Part shown: positions 19,760 through 31,296 of the stretch, in pieces | How the letters are laid out: each line of letters opens with the position of its first letter | Position numbering within the stretch: the first letter of the stretch is position 1 | Assembly: GCA_051546255.1 (NCBI GenBank) | Contig: CP128815.1 | Location: 992,001 to 1,056,000 of the forward strand | From: Meyerozyma guilliermondii | Lineage: Eukaryota | Direction: 5' to 3' | DNA: 64,000 bases | Translations under genes and position numbers: made by a program | The notes under the pieces: generated by a model | Told to the model about the DNA's origin: nothing | Seen by the model: the letters and a program-made list of their open reading frames with translations, nothing else | Databases searched by the model: none

Positions 19760-21118
19760 ATGAAGTGGAATATTCTTGCTTTGTTCTTCCTTTTCGCCTA
19801 CATGTCGGCGGCAAAGACAATCGCGTGTAATGAAACATCTCAGTGTCCCGAAGATGCACCTTGTTGCTCCCAGTATGGTGAATGTGGAACTGGAGCATAT
19901 TGTTTGGGAGGATGTGATATCAGGTTTTCGTACAACTTGTCGGCTTGTATGCCTATGCCCAGAATGGACAGTTTCAACACTACTTTCAAGTCAACTAAAC
20001 AAGTGGAGATCCTGACCAAGTACTTGGGTAAATCCAGTGACAGTGATTGGGTGTATACCGGTTACTTAGATACCCATGATGATGCCTTATTACTTCAAAT
20101 GCCTAACCAGTCCACTGGTACTGTGGTTTCGTCCACCAAATATCTCTGGTATGGTCGTGTAGGAGCAACGATGAAGACATCTCGTGGACGAGGAGTTATC
20201 ACAGCTTTCATTTTGTTTTCTGACGTGAAGGACGAAATTGATTATGAATTTGTGGGTTACAACTTGACGGCTCCTCAAACGAATTACTATTATCAGGGTG
20301 TGTTGAATTATACCAACGCCAAGAACTCGTCAACCTCAAATACCTTCAGCAACTGGCATAATTATGAATTGGATTGGCAAGAAGATAAAATGGACTGGTA
20401 TGTTGATGGTGAAAAGGTCCGTACTTTAAAGAAAGAGGACACTTACAATTCCACCACAAAGCAGTACATGTACCCTCAAACACCATCTCGTATTCAATTC
20501 TCATTGTGGCCTGGTGGTGCTGCTTCCAATGGTATTGGTACCATTGAGTGGGCTGGTGGTGACGTTGACTGGGACTCTGATGACATCAAGAAGTATGGAT
20601 ACTACTATGTTTATGTCAAAAACGTCACAGTGGAGGCATATGATTTACCTGATGATGTCAAGCTCGTTGGAGGTGATGATGCCGACAAGTTGGACTCGTT
20701 CATGTACAACAGTACTGATGGTAATCAAGACAACGTGATTCTCACGAACAAGAAGACATGGCTAGGAAGTGACGAGGCTGTTGGATGGGCTCCCGATAAC
20801 GAAGATGATGATGATGATGAAGAAAGTAGTAGTGTTTCGGGATCTGCATCCACCACTTCCAAGAAAAAGACATCCACCACAGATGTTTCAGCTAATGTTC
20901 CAACACGCACCACCACCGGCGGAGGTAATGGTAATGGCGATGGATCTGCGGCCACTACCGCTGACTATAATCCATCAGCCGGTATCGGAGGATTTGTTCA
21001 AAATTCCAAGGAGACCTCCTCCACCACTGGAAACAAATCGTCGTCTGGTGGTAGTAAAACGTTTATCGAGGGGGTCATGACATTTATTGGTGCTCTCGGA
21101 TTGACATTTGTTTTTTAA
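19760..21118 (+). CDS. UTR2: GPI-anchored GH16 chitin transglycosylase with N-terminal chitin-binding module
   Basis: Signal peptide, CCSQYGECGTGAYCLGGC, catalytic DEIDYE, Ser/Thr tail and hydrophobic C-terminus. Confidence 0.93.
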   Translation: MKWNILALFFLFAYMSAAKTIACNETSQCPEDAPCCSQYGECGTGAYCLGGCDIRFSYNLSACMPMPRMDSFNTTFKSTKQVEILTKYLGKSSDSDWVYTGYLDTHDDALLLQMPNQSTGTVVSSTKYLWYGRVGATMKTSRGRGVITAFILFSDVKDEIDYEFVGYNLTAPQTNYYYQGVLNYTNAKNSSTSNTFSNWHNYELDWQEDKMDWYVDGEKVRTLKKEDTYNSTTKQYMYPQTPSRIQFSLWPGGAASNGIGTIEWAGGDVDWDSDDIKKYGYYYVYVKNVTVEAYDLPDDVKLVGGDDADKLDSFMYNSTDGNQDNVILTNKKTWLGSDEAVGWAPDNEDDDDDEESSSVSGSASTTSKKKTSTTDVSANVPTRTTTGGGNGNGDGSAATTADYNPSAGIGGFVQNSKETSSTTGNKSSSGGSKTFIEGVMTFIGALGLTFVF

Positions 21119-21286
21119 TTGTTCATAGCATAAACGGAAGTTGCAAATAAAAGTTGCAATGTGTATTATGTAAGAAAGCTTTGTTGCTTACATCGCGTTT
21201 CTCACACCGGTCCACCGTGGTTTCGCAAACGCCAACGAATCGACAACACATTCAACCCTCGACTCGCATCTTCAATCCACTTAAAA

Positions 21287-24200
21287 ATGAAGATGCTCAC
21301 CAAGTTCGAGTCCAAGTCGTCTCGGGCGAAGGGCGTAGCCTTTCACCCTACTCGGCCTTGGGTACTCGTTTCGTTGCACTCGTCGACAATCCAACTTTGG
21401 GATTACAGAATGGGAACGTTGATTGACAGGTTTGAAGATCACGAAGGACCGGTTCGATGTGTCAACTTCCATCCTACCCAGCCTCTTTTCGTTTCTGGTG
21501 GCGACGACTACACCATCAAAGTGTGGTCGTTGAATACGCGTAAATGTATTTTTTCATTGAATGGACATTTGGATTATTTGCGTGCAGTGTCGTTCCATCA
21601 TGATCTTCCGTGGATTCTTTCGAGTTCTGATGACCAGACCATTCGTATCTGGAACTGGCAAAACCGTCAGGAAATTGCGTGCTTGACTGGACATAACCAT
21701 TATGTGATGTCGGCGCAATTCCACCCCAAGGATGATTTGATAATCTCAGCGTCGTTGGATCAAACCGTCCGTGTTTGGGATATATCGGGTTTGCGTAAGA
21801 AACACTCGGCCCCTACCTCTTCTGCTCGGTCCTTTGAAGATCAATTGCAGCGTCAACAATTGCCTCAGCAGGATATATTCGGCAACGTCAATGCCATCGT
21901 TAAGTACGTTTTGGAGGGCCACGACAAGGGAGTCAACTATGCTACTTTCCACCCAACCCTTCCTTTGATTGTTTCGGCTGGTGATGACCGCTTGGTCAAG
22001 TTGTGGAGAATGAATGCCACTACTGCTTGGGAAGTCGATACCTGCCGTGGCCACACTGGAAATGTGTTGAGTGCTATTTTCCATCCTCAGCAAGATTTGA
22101 TCATATCTGTCGCTGATGACAAAACCATTAGAGTTTGGGACATGAACCGCAGAACTCCAGTGAAACAATTTAGAAGAGAACACGACCGTTTCTGGCTTAT
22201 AGCTTCTCACCCTCATATCAACTTGTTTGCAACATGTCACGATTCGGGAGTGATGGTTTTCAAGTTAGAGCGTGAAAGACCGGCGCATGCTATTTTCCAA
22301 AACAAGCTTTTCTTTGTTAATGGCGAAAAGCAAGTTCAATGTTACGACTTTTCACGTAATGAAACTTCGTTGCCTATGCTTTCCCTCAAGAAGATTGGAA
22401 AAACCTGGTCTTTTATGCGATCACTCTCCTACAACCAATCAGACAATTCTATCTTGGTCACTCATGGTGAAGGTGACTCCGGCCAATATGCCTACATTAC
22501 CTTGCCTAAACATGTTACTGGTGCTATAGAGCCTACAGATATAAGGCAGGGTGAAGGTAACTTTGCTTGCTTCATTTCTCGCAATAGATTTGTTAGTTTT
22601 GTGAAGTCTTCGAAAACTTTGTTGGTGAAGGACACTAATAACAACACGACAAAGACCATTCAGCTTGATTCGTCGGTTAATGATGTGTTATCAGGTGGTC
22701 CTGGAAGAGTTTTGTTGGTCAAGACACACGCAGTTGTCAACTATGACGTACAGCAACGTAAAGAATTGGCTGAGATCAGCGTTAATAATGTGAAATATGT
22801 CTCATGGTCAAATGATGGTCAACACTTGGCCTTGTTGTCGAAGCACACCATCACGATTGCTACCAAAGATTTGGAACTCGTTACATCTATGCATGAAACT
22901 ATCAGAATCAAGAGTGCTGCCTGGGATGACTCAGGTGTGCTTTTGTACTCTACCTTGAACCATATCAAGTACTCGCTCTTGAATGGAGATCATGGCATCA
23001 TAAAGACATTGTCAAACACTGTATACATCACCAAGGTGTCTCAGAAGCAGGTTTACTGCTTGAATAGAGCTGGCGAGGTGGAGGTGATCACCATTGACCC
23101 AACTGAATACAGATTCAAAAAGTCTTTGGTTAATAAGAACTTCAACGAGGTTTTGCGCATTATCAAAAATTCAAACTTGGTGGGCCAGAACATTATCGCT
23201 TACCTTCAAAAGAAGGGATATCCAGAAGTGGCCTTGCAATTTGTTGAAGATCCTGAAACTCGTTTCGACTTGGCTGTCGAATGCGGAAATTTGCAAGTTG
23301 CATTGTCCGAAGCTAAGACCTTGAATGACAACGGTATTTGGAAAAAGCTTGGAGATGAGGCGCTCAAGCAAGGAAACTTAGAGATCGTCGAATTTGTTTA
23401 TCAACAGATCCACTCCTTCGACAAGTTGTCCTTCTTGTATCTATGCAGAGGCGACTCTGAGAGGTTAGCAAAAATGGCTACTATCGCTGAACATCGCCGT
23501 GATCTTTCTTCCTTGATGCAAAATACCTTGTATTCAAATGATGTGAAGAAAAGATGTCAAACTCTCATCCAGAGCGGTATGCTCCCACTTGCGTACACTC
23601 TTGCCAAATCTAACGGATTGGATGACTTGGCAGCCGATATTTTACTGGAAGCGGGTATCTCGGAGGACAAGGTTGTCTTGCCTGAATTAGGAAGACCTTG
23701 TGAATTGCCAAAGCCGGTAGAGAATACTATTGAGCATTGGCCACTCGAGGACACAACTTTGTCTTTCTTCGAGACCGCGTTACTTACTGGTAAAGTTGAG
23801 AACTTGTCTATTGAGGAGGAGGACCCTCAGAATGGAGCTGAAGATGTTACGCGTGCAAATATTGATCTTGACGACCCAATGAACGAGGATGCTGAAGAGG
23901 AAGAAGATGCATGGGACAATGCTGATGACTTGAGCATTCCAGATGATGAATTCGAAGATGCTGAACAAAGCAATGAAATTGATGTGTTTCAACAATCGGC
24001 TGTTGCCGAAGGTGAAGTTGGCTATTGGCTTAGAAATGCTAAGACGGCTGCCGGGTACGCTGCAGCAGGAGCATTCGAACAAACTGCATCCATGTTGAAC
24101 AAGCAATTGGGAGTGGTCAACTTTGAGCCATTGCGTCCTAGATTTCTTGAGGTTTACCAATCAAGTAAATTATACTTACCAGGTATTGACGACTTACCAG

Positions 24201-24919
24201 CTATGAAGGACTACATAAGGGCCGACAACGATGAGGACAATCCTAACAAGTTCCATCCATTGATTCCAGGTTTCGACAACTTGGAAGATCGATTGTCGGT
24301 CGGTTTCAAGCATTTCAAAGCCAACCAGCTTCCAGAAGCTATCAAGGTATTCCGCGACATCATTTACACTATCACTTTGTTAACTGTTGCAGACGATGAA
24401 GAACAGGAGAAATGCGAGGAAATCTTAAGATTGTGCCGCGAGTATATCTTGGGACTTTCCATGGAATTGGCTCGTCGTGCCTTAGGACCCGATGATATCA
24501 AGCGCAATTTGGAGTTGGCAGCTTACTTTACTCGTGCTGGACTCCAGGGTCCACATCGTATCAACGCGTTGCAGGTTGCTATGACCCAATCTTTCAAAAA
24601 CAAGAATTACGCAAGTGCATCTTATTTCGCTGGCGAGGTATTGGCCGCCTCAGCTAGCGGCCAAAGAGCTGACCAAGCACGCAAGATCAAGGCCAAGTCT
24701 GATCTGATATCCAAAGATGCTATAGAAATCGATTTTGATCCCTACGCAGAATTCGATATCTGTTGTGCATCATTTACTCCTATCTACAAAGGTGAGCCTA
24801 GCGTTTCGGAAGCTTTGGTGGGGGCCAAGTACAAGGAACAGTATAAGGGCCAATTGTGTAGCATAACGAAAATCACTGCCATTGGAGTGCCCGCGTCGGG
24901 GTTGCGGTTGAAAAGCTAA
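21287..24919 (+). CDS. COP1: Coatomer alpha subunit
   Basis: MKMLTKFESKSSRAKGVAFHP start, WD repeats and C-terminal RNLELAAYFT. Confidence 0.97.
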   Translation: MKMLTKFESKSSRAKGVAFHPTRPWVLVSLHSSTIQLWDYRMGTLIDRFEDHEGPVRCVNFHPTQPLFVSGGDDYTIKVWSLNTRKCIFSLNGHLDYLRAVSFHHDLPWILSSSDDQTIRIWNWQNRQEIACLTGHNHYVMSAQFHPKDDLIISASLDQTVRVWDISGLRKKHSAPTSSARSFEDQLQRQQLPQQDIFGNVNAIVKYVLEGHDKGVNYATFHPTLPLIVSAGDDRLVKLWRMNATTAWEVDTCRGHTGNVLSAIFHPQQDLIISVADDKTIRVWDMNRRTPVKQFRREHDRFWLIASHPHINLFATCHDSGVMVFKLERERPAHAIFQNKLFFVNGEKQVQCYDFSRNETSLPMLSLKKIGKTWSFMRSLSYNQSDNSILVTHGEGDSGQYAYITLPKHVTGAIEPTDIRQGEGNFACFISRNRFVSFVKSSKTLLVKDTNNNTTKTIQLDSSVNDVLSGGPGRVLLVKTHAVVNYDVQQRKELAEISVNNVKYVSWSNDGQHLALLSKHTITIATKDLELVTSMHETIRIKSAAWDDSGVLLYSTLNHIKYSLLNGDHGIIKTLSNTVYITKVSQKQVYCLNRAGEVEVITIDPTEYRFKKSLVNKNFNEVLRIIKNSNLVGQNIIAYLQKKGYPEVALQFVEDPETRFDLAVECGNLQVALSEAKTLNDNGIWKKLGDEALKQGNLEIVEFVYQQIHSFDKLSFLYLCRGDSERLAKMATIAEHRRDLSSLMQNTLYSNDVKKRCQTLIQSGMLPLAYTLAKSNGLDDLAADILLEAGISEDKVVLPELGRPCELPKPVENTIEHWPLEDTTLSFFETALLTGKVENLSIEEEDPQNGAEDVTRANIDLDDPMNEDAEEEEDAWDNADDLSIPDDEFEDAEQSNEIDVFQQSAVAEGEVGYWLRNAKTAAGYAAAGAFEQTASMLNKQLGVVNFEPLRPRFLEVYQSSKLYLPGIDDLPAMKDYIRADNDEDNPNKFHPLIPGFDNLEDRLSVGFKHFKANQLPEAIKVFRDIIYTITLLTVADDEEQEKCEEILRLCREYILGLSMELARRALGPDDIKRNLELAAYFTRAGLQGPHRINALQVAMTQSFKNKNYASASYFAGEVLAASASGQRADQARKIKAKSDLISKDAIEIDFDPYAEFDICCASFTPIYKGEPSVSEALVGAKYKEQYKGQLCSITKITAIGVPASGLRLKS

Positions 24920-25006
24920 CTAGATGACTGTTTGCAAAAAATGAATATAAACCTAAATAAGCTATGTAATTCCGAGAAGGCAGTCCCGCGAGCTAATCTT
25001 TCCGGT

Positions 25007-25021
25007 GGAAATTTCGCGAAT
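25007..25021. promoter_or_regulatory. Heat-shock-element-like site upstream of PPT1
   Basis: gGAAatTTCgcGAAt, three inverted nGAAn units. It ends only about 24 bp before the ATG. Confidence 0.4.
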
Positions 25022-25044
25022 CTCAACTTTTCGGAAGATCAAGA

Positions 25045-26634
25045 ATGTCCGTTGCTGAGGCTGTCAAGCTCAAGGACGAGGGTAATGAACACTTTAAGGC
25101 TCACCGATTTGACGAAGCTATTGAAAGTTATACCAAGGCTATAGAAGTAGATCCCAAAAATGCAGTGTTTTACTCAAACAGAGCTCAAGTTCACATCAAG
25201 TTGGAGAACTATGGACTTGCCATAATAGATTGTGACGAAGCTTTAAAGGTGGATCCTAGCTTTACAAAGGCTTACTACCGAAAGGGTGTTGCGCAGATGG
25301 CTATTTTGAAGTACAAAGAAGCCCAAGCCAATTTTAAGACAATTTTGAAGACCTTACCAAACGACAAACTCACATTGGAAAACTACAAGCAATGTGTTAA
25401 TTACTTGAAAAAGCAAGCATTTGAAAAGGCTATTGCCGGTGACGAAAAGACTTCTATCTTCACAACTATAGACTTCAATTCCATGATCATCGAGAAGACC
25501 TGGGAAGGGCCATCTTTGGAGATCACCAGCACAACCACCGAATCCGGCGTCAAGGTGGATATCGAGGGTCTTGATTTAGGCTACTTAAAGTATATGATCA
25601 AGCATTTCAAAGCAGGAGGTAAGATACCCAAGAAGCATGCATTTGCTATTATAGCAAAAGTGACTGAAATTTGCAAGCATGAGAAAACCATGGTTGAACT
25701 TTCTCTTCCTCATAATCTGTATACCAATGCAGAAGCGTCCAAGGATGAACTCTTGTTGGCTAAAAGTAAAAAGTTGACGGTTGTTGGAGATACCCATGGA
25801 CAATTTTATGATGTGCTCAACTTGTTCAACAAATTTGGATTTGTTTCAGACCTGCATTCCTACCTCTTCAACGGTGACTTTGTTGACCGTGGATCATGGT
25901 CGTGTGAGGTTGCCTTCTACCTCTACGTTCTCAAGATACTTTACCCTACTTCTTTGTTCTTGAATCGTGGAAACCATGAAACCAATGACATGAACAAGAC
26001 ATACGGATTCACCGATGAATGTGAACTGAAATATTCTAAAAAAGTGTTTGAGGCTTTTGCCGAATCTTTTGGCGCTTTACCCTTAGCTACCTTGATCAAC
26101 CGCTCATACCTATGTATGCATGGAGGCTTGTTCTCAGACGACAATGTGACATTGGAAGACATCAAGAACTTCAACAGATTTCCAAGCTCTGGATCAAGTC
26201 AACCCCCAAGAGAGGGAATTGCCATGGAGTTATTATGGACCGATCCCCAACCAACCCCCGGTCGTGCTCCTTCAAAGAGAGGTATAGGAATGCAATTTGG
26301 ACCCGATATTACTGAACGGTTCTGTTTGAAGAACAAGATAAGAAAGGTATTGAGGTCGCACGAGGTAAGAATGGGAGGTGTTGAAGAAGAGCACAACGGC
26401 CGCTTAATTACCGTCTTCAGTGCCCCAAACTACTGTGATTCCACCGGAAACTTGGGTGGAGTGGTTCACATAACTGAGAATGTAAAATACGATGCTGCTT
26501 CCGATAATGGTGAAGGCTATAGAGATGCCAAGGACACCAATTGTCCATGGACATTAGAGATTGAAAAGTTTGACGCAGTGCCACATCCCGACTTGAAGCC
26601 AATGGCCTACTCTAAGGCTGGGTTTGGCTTCTAA
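25045..26634 (+). CDS. PPT1: Protein phosphatase 5 (TPR plus PPP domain)
   Basis: N-terminal TPRs, GDTHGQ, GDFVDRG, RGNHE, SAPNYC and the AVPHP..KPMAY tail. Confidence 0.96.
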   Translation: MSVAEAVKLKDEGNEHFKAHRFDEAIESYTKAIEVDPKNAVFYSNRAQVHIKLENYGLAIIDCDEALKVDPSFTKAYYRKGVAQMAILKYKEAQANFKTILKTLPNDKLTLENYKQCVNYLKKQAFEKAIAGDEKTSIFTTIDFNSMIIEKTWEGPSLEITSTTTESGVKVDIEGLDLGYLKYMIKHFKAGGKIPKKHAFAIIAKVTEICKHEKTMVELSLPHNLYTNAEASKDELLLAKSKKLTVVGDTHGQFYDVLNLFNKFGFVSDLHSYLFNGDFVDRGSWSCEVAFYLYVLKILYPTSLFLNRGNHETNDMNKTYGFTDECELKYSKKVFEAFAESFGALPLATLINRSYLCMHGGLFSDDNVTLEDIKNFNRFPSSGSSQPPREGIAMELLWTDPQPTPGRAPSKRGIGMQFGPDITERFCLKNKIRKVLRSHEVRMGGVEEEHNGRLITVFSAPNYCDSTGNLGGVVHITENVKYDAASDNGEGYRDAKDTNCPWTLEIEKFDAVPHPDLKPMAYSKAGFGF

Positions 26635-26718
26635 TTATTAGCGAGTTAATTTACACTGTAACTATAGACTGTATGCGCGAGAGAAATATACTCTCAAACT
26701 TTTCAATACCAGTATACC

Positions 26719-26934
26719 ATGGCACATCAAATTGACGACGATGATCAACCGGATGAATGGGATCAGCGGATCATGGACACAGGGTGCCATGAAGAGAACT
26801 TGAAGCTTCAGCTTTGTCATGCCGACACTGGAGACTGGAGAAAATGTACAGAAGAAATGAAGGCTTTCCAAAAATGCTGGGAAGCTAATAAAAATAATGA
26901 GCGGACGAAAACTGTCAATAATGAAGAGTTGTAG
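26719..26934 (+). CDS. COA4: Twin CX9C cytochrome oxidase assembly factor
   Basis: PDEWDQRI..TGC..EN.KLQLCHA.TGDWR.C..EM..F.KCW matches yeast Coa4. Confidence 0.88.
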   Translation: MAHQIDDDDQPDEWDQRIMDTGCHEENLKLQLCHADTGDWRKCTEEMKAFQKCWEANKNNERTKTVNNEEL

Positions 26935-27267
26935 TTTATGTATGAACTACGACTTGTGAGGGACTTTTAGCTGCTCTATGAGCCAAAAGTATGCCGACCA
27001 ACTGTCTTGTAAATATGAATAGAAAAGTAATAGTTTTATAAATTGATACGAAAGAATAAGTAGTAGGTCATAACATAGCAGGAGTTCATTGGACAAAACC
27101 ATTTCCATTGATTTATTGTGCTTTAAACACACAAATCTTTTTACCTATTCTACGGCTTATCGCATCGCTTTCTCTCCGCGATTTCAATCACAACTCAACT
27201 TGCGACCGATTCAAGTAACGTTCTTACCCTCACAAAACAACCTTATAGAAGCGAGTCGGGGCTAAAG

Positions 27268-28725
27268 ATGGCGTCTCCAGGTGATCCTGAGACTCACATA
27301 AGTACAGTTACAGCTTCAAGGTACCTGTTCTCTAGAAGCCCGCCAAATCTGGCAGGGCACACAAACAAGGCCTTTGGAAATAGTCATAGGCGATACTACA
27401 AAGACTCTAATAGCCTCAAACCCAAGCGAGATGCAGAGGCGCTGTTCGAGAAAAGAGTAGCCAATCTTCAAGCCCGAAGTCGAACCCGTTTCCAAAACCA
27501 GTGGGAGGCTATTCTAGAGAAATATTCTCAGATTGATGATGAGAAAGAAAGCGACGAAATAGATCTCTCAACAGGAGAGATAATCACTGACAATGGTCAC
27601 CTTCGAGCATTGGCTCGCAAAGATGTTTCCTCCTCGAGTCTCGACGATATTTGGAGTGCCAATCTAGTTGAAGAGCCTCACCAATCTCGCCAATATATGA
27701 CATCAAAGTCAGGACAAAATACCTTTATATCCCCCGCGAGACAAAAAGACGTAAGCGAGATTCGAAGAAGTAGTTCCATGAAGGATAATGTCTTGCTTTT
27801 ATCGCCATCTCCTACAAAGAAGACAAGATATTCTCCCTCAAAAACTCCTTCAAAAACTGCATCTCCGTCAAGAAATACACCCCCTTCGAAGTTCACTTCT
27901 CCACGACTTTCATCCCCACGACTTTCACCTTCTAGACTTTCATCTCCACAACTTTCATCTCCATCAGCAAACCCAAACAATTCGGGATTTGAGAGGATTA
28001 CTGACTCCAAAAGTCTCTTCCAGCCCACACGATTATTCCCGACTGCTAAAGAGACCCCGAAAAGAGAACATAATCCATTTCTTGAGCGAAAGGAAAAGAC
28101 ATCGAAATACACTCTTTGTGATCTCTCGACACCTACTACAGACGCCGTTTATCATTGTGCATTCCACTACTGCAAGTTCTGTACTGGAAATCGTTTCCTA
28201 TATAAAGAGCACCTTCTCAAGCTGCATCCAAAGGAGTTGAAACAGATAGGTTACCCCGTTCAGACTGAGACAGAAACGGGAGTGGACACCATTTCATCTG
28301 ACACAATCGAAAATATCAGCAAAGTTTTTCCTTTAACATTCGATAAATTGTTGCAAAGTGACTCCCTACTTCATTGTAATATGAAGCTCTCTCCGACCGA
28401 AAGATGTCGTCGGGTATTCTTCACCCTCAACGACTTGAAAGAGCACCAAAATACATCTAGTGGTTGTGACTCACGTTTGTTTACCTTTTCTTGTCCTATA
28501 CTTGGATGCCCATTTCAAACTAGACTGTTCGAAGCATTGCAAAATCATTTTCGGACATACAATATCAACTCCAGTCATTTGACCAAAGAAAGTCGTAGTA
28601 TCTCGAAAAAGCCTTTGATAAATGAGCACTCAACAAAGGCCAATGATTTGCCTACAAATCCCAAAATTGCATTAACCAAGACAGAAGTAATGAACGAAAT
28701 TGACGAGTTATTCGACTCGGATTGA
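27268..28725 (+). CDS. SCM3: CENP-A (Cse4) chaperone with C-terminal zinc-finger-like motifs
   Basis: F...WE.I.EKY......DEIDL.TGEII.DNGHLR Scm3 signature, and three Cys/His clusters in the C-terminal half. Confidence 0.85.
   Translation: MASPGDPETHISTVTASRYLFSRSPPNLAGHTNKAFGNSHRRYYKDSNSLKPKRDAEALFEKRVANLQARSRTRFQNQWEAILEKYSQIDDEKESDEIDLSTGEIITDNGHLRALARKDVSSSSLDDIWSANLVEEPHQSRQYMTSKSGQNTFISPARQKDVSEIRRSSSMKDNVLLLSPSPTKKTRYSPSKTPSKTASPSRNTPPSKFTSPRLSSPRLSPSRLSSPQLSSPSANPNNSGFERITDSKSLFQPTRLFPTAKETPKREHNPFLERKEKTSKYTLCDLSTPTTDAVYHCAFHYCKFCTGNRFLYKEHLLKLHPKELKQIGYPVQTETETGVDTISSDTIENISKVFPLTFDKLLQSDSLLHCNMKLSPTERCRRVFFTLNDLKEHQNTSSGCDSRLFTFSCPILGCPFQTRLFEALQNHFRTYNINSSHLTKESRSISKKPLINEHSTKANDLPTNPKIALTKTEVMNEIDELFDSD
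27898..27963 (+). repeat. Degenerate 15-nt coding tandem repeat in SCM3
   Basis: About 4 copies of (TCT)CCACGACTTTCA-like units encoding SPRLSSPRLSPSRLSSPQLSSP. Confidence 0.8.
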
Positions 28726-28794
28726 TAAGCGTTAAATTACACACAAGACGGGAATGGTTCCATTCTATATACAATTTAATATACGTGCATTATT

Positions 28795-31218
28795 TTATGC
28801 CTCAGATGGTTCATTTTCGGTATCTTTAGGCTTACCTTTAAAAGCATCCTTACCTTTGATGTACTTGTCAAATGCATCGTTTCTTTCGGGGAATGGTCGA
28901 GGTCCAACCAAACGGGTCATATCTTCTCTCGTCAAGATTTCCTTCTTGAATAACTCTTCAGCCACTTTGTCAACGAGATCCAACTTTTCTGAAAGTAATT
29001 TGTGGCATGCTTCGTAAGCTTCATCAATGAATCTTTTAACTTCTTGATCAATGGTGTATGCTGTCTCTTCTGAATATGTGTGATGAACTTGAAAGCCATT
29101 GTTATTTTCTCCAGAATCGTAATAGACATTGCCGATACTGTCTGACATACCCAACTTCAATACCATCAGCTGAGCCATTTGAGTAATCTTTTTGAAGTCA
29201 TCTGAAGCACCACTGGTTACCGTATCAAAATGCAACTCTTCACTTACTCTTCCCCCTAAAGTCATTATCATGCGATGTTTGTACTGCTCTTTCGAAACCA
29301 AGTACTGATCTTTTGGCAAGTATTGTGCATAACCCAATGCTCCTTGACCACGAGGAATGATAGAAACCTTGACCAATGGGTCAGCAAACTCTAAGAACCA
29401 GCCACAAATAGCGTGGCCAGCCTCATGGAAGGCAACAGTTCTCTTTTCTTCGAGACTCAATATTCTTGACTTCTTCTCAAGCCCGGCTACAACACGTTCA
29501 ATTGCTTGTTCAAAATGATGAGTTTCCACAGCTGTAGCATCCTCTCTAGCGGCAATTAATGCTCCCTCATTACAGCAGTTTGCAATGTCAGCTCCTGCAA
29601 ATCCTGGAGTTAAAGCACTGAGGCGACCTGCAAGATTGTCAATGGCTGCAGCCTTCAATTCTTGATACTTGTTGAAGTCGACGTCCTTTTGGGTTGCCCT
29701 AATATCTTCTTCAACTTGAAGTGTCAATTTAGACAAGTGAACCTTGAATATTTCCTTTCTTCCCTCCACATCAGGAACGTCAATAGAGATGTGCCTGTCA
29801 AATCTACCAGGTCTCAACAAGGCTTTATCCAAAATGTCCGGACGATTGGTTCCCGCAAGAACAACAACGTGATCAGAATTTTCGAATCCATCCATTTCAA
29901 CCAATAACTGATTAAGTGTGTTTTCTCTCTCGTCATTTCCACCCATCTTGCCATTACCACGCTCTTTACCAATAGCATCGATTTCATCGACAAAAATAAT
30001 TGCAGGAGCCATTTCACGAGCAGTCTTGAATAAATCACGAACACGAGAAGCACCGACTCCCACGAACATTTCCACAAATTCTGAACCAGAAACGGATAAA
30101 AAGGGAACGCCTGCTTCACCAGCTGTTGCCTTAGCAAGCAATGTCTTACCAGTACCAGGAGGACCAGATAATATAGCACCACGAGGAATCTTGGCTCCCA
30201 ATTTCTCATACTTGACAGGGTCCTGAAGAAACTTGACAAATTCCATAATCTCCTCTTTAGACTCAGTGCATCCAGCAACGTCCTTAAATTTGATTTTAAC
30301 TTCTGTTTCCTGATTGAATAATTTGGCTTTAGACTTACCGATTTGAAAAATTCCACCGGGCCCACCACCACCAGCACCTCCTCCTTGCATGTTCGCTCTT
30401 CTCACGGTGATATACCATAATCCTCCAATCAATAACACCGTTGGCAAAATGGGCAATATGTAGTTCATCCAAGAGCCTCTTTCCTCGTACGAAATTGGTA
30501 ATCTTTCATCGATTGGAATCCCTAGTTTATCCTGTTCACGGTTCATTTCTTCTTCGAATACCTCGACTGAACCTATAGTGAAAACGACGGCGGGATGGCC
30601 GCTGAAAGTCTGGAAAGTTTGGTCAGAAACTGCTCCTTGGATTAATTCTGCTTCCACGGCAAACTTGTTGATAACCGTAAGCTTGGTAACAAGACCCTTC
30701 TCTAAGTAGTTGGTCTTGAAATCTTGGAACGAGAGTTCGTCATTAGGCTTACGATTCGATGCCAATAAAACAGTAACCAAAAGAGAGAACAAGAATAATC
30801 CCGACAATCCTCGTGCAACCGATTTGTTATCAAGTTGGTATATCTTCATATTGTTGGGGTTCAACAGTGGATTCTTCTTTTTGAGTCTTTCTTTAATCTG
30901 GTTACGAATGTCACGTTCTTCTTCACTCATGGGTTTCTTCTTCTTTTCCTTGTCTTCCGAGTCTTTTGGTGACTCCTCTTTATCACTAAGTGATCTACGT
31001 GAAGCTTCAAAAAGCTGAAATCTGGAAGCGGAAAACGATCGATTAAACCCCGCAAAAACGTTCACCAGTCGAGGTGAAACTATCAGATTATGGCTCTGTC
31101 TAAGGACACCGCCCACACCGCGGAGTACGGCGTTTCTTGGAGCCAACCTCATCATGAGGCCCGCTGGTGTTTTCCTCATCATGATTCGGTTTGAATGGCG
31201 TTGGTGGAAATTTGCCAT
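28795..31218 (-). CDS. AFG3: Mitochondrial m-AAA protease subunit
   Basis: GPPGTGKT and HEAGH. FQDFKT.YLEKGLV, GKERG and DQYL.S.EQ..HRMIM resemble Afg3 more than Yta12. An alternative start is at 31182. Confidence 0.88.
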   Translation of the reverse strand: MANFHQRHSNRIMMRKTPAGLMMRLAPRNAVLRGVGGVLRQSHNLIVSPRLVNVFAGFNRSFSASRFQLFEASRRSLSDKEESPKDSEDKEKKKKPMSEEERDIRNQIKERLKKKNPLLNPNNMKIYQLDNKSVARGLSGLFLFSLLVTVLLASNRKPNDELSFQDFKTNYLEKGLVTKLTVINKFAVEAELIQGAVSDQTFQTFSGHPAVVFTIGSVEVFEEEMNREQDKLGIPIDERLPISYEERGSWMNYILPILPTVLLIGGLWYITVRRANMQGGGAGGGGPGGIFQIGKSKAKLFNQETEVKIKFKDVAGCTESKEEIMEFVKFLQDPVKYEKLGAKIPRGAILSGPPGTGKTLLAKATAGEAGVPFLSVSGSEFVEMFVGVGASRVRDLFKTAREMAPAIIFVDEIDAIGKERGNGKMGGNDERENTLNQLLVEMDGFENSDHVVVLAGTNRPDILDKALLRPGRFDRHISIDVPDVEGRKEIFKVHLSKLTLQVEEDIRATQKDVDFNKYQELKAAAIDNLAGRLSALTPGFAGADIANCCNEGALIAAREDATAVETHHFEQAIERVVAGLEKKSRILSLEEKRTVAFHEAGHAICGWFLEFADPLVKVSIIPRGQGALGYAQYLPKDQYLVSKEQYKHRMIMTLGGRVSEELHFDTVTSGASDDFKKITQMAQLMVLKLGMSDSIGNVYYDSGENNNGFQVHHTYSEETAYTIDQEVKRFIDEAYEACHKLLSEKLDLVDKVAEELFKKEILTREDMTRLVGPRPFPERNDAFDKYIKGKDAFKGKPKDTENEPSEA

Positions 31219-31296
31219 TTAATGTTCGGCTTATGTAACTCGGAGATTCTTCTTATATAATACATGTACTTAAAGTGCTAAAGGTAACCCACTGGA

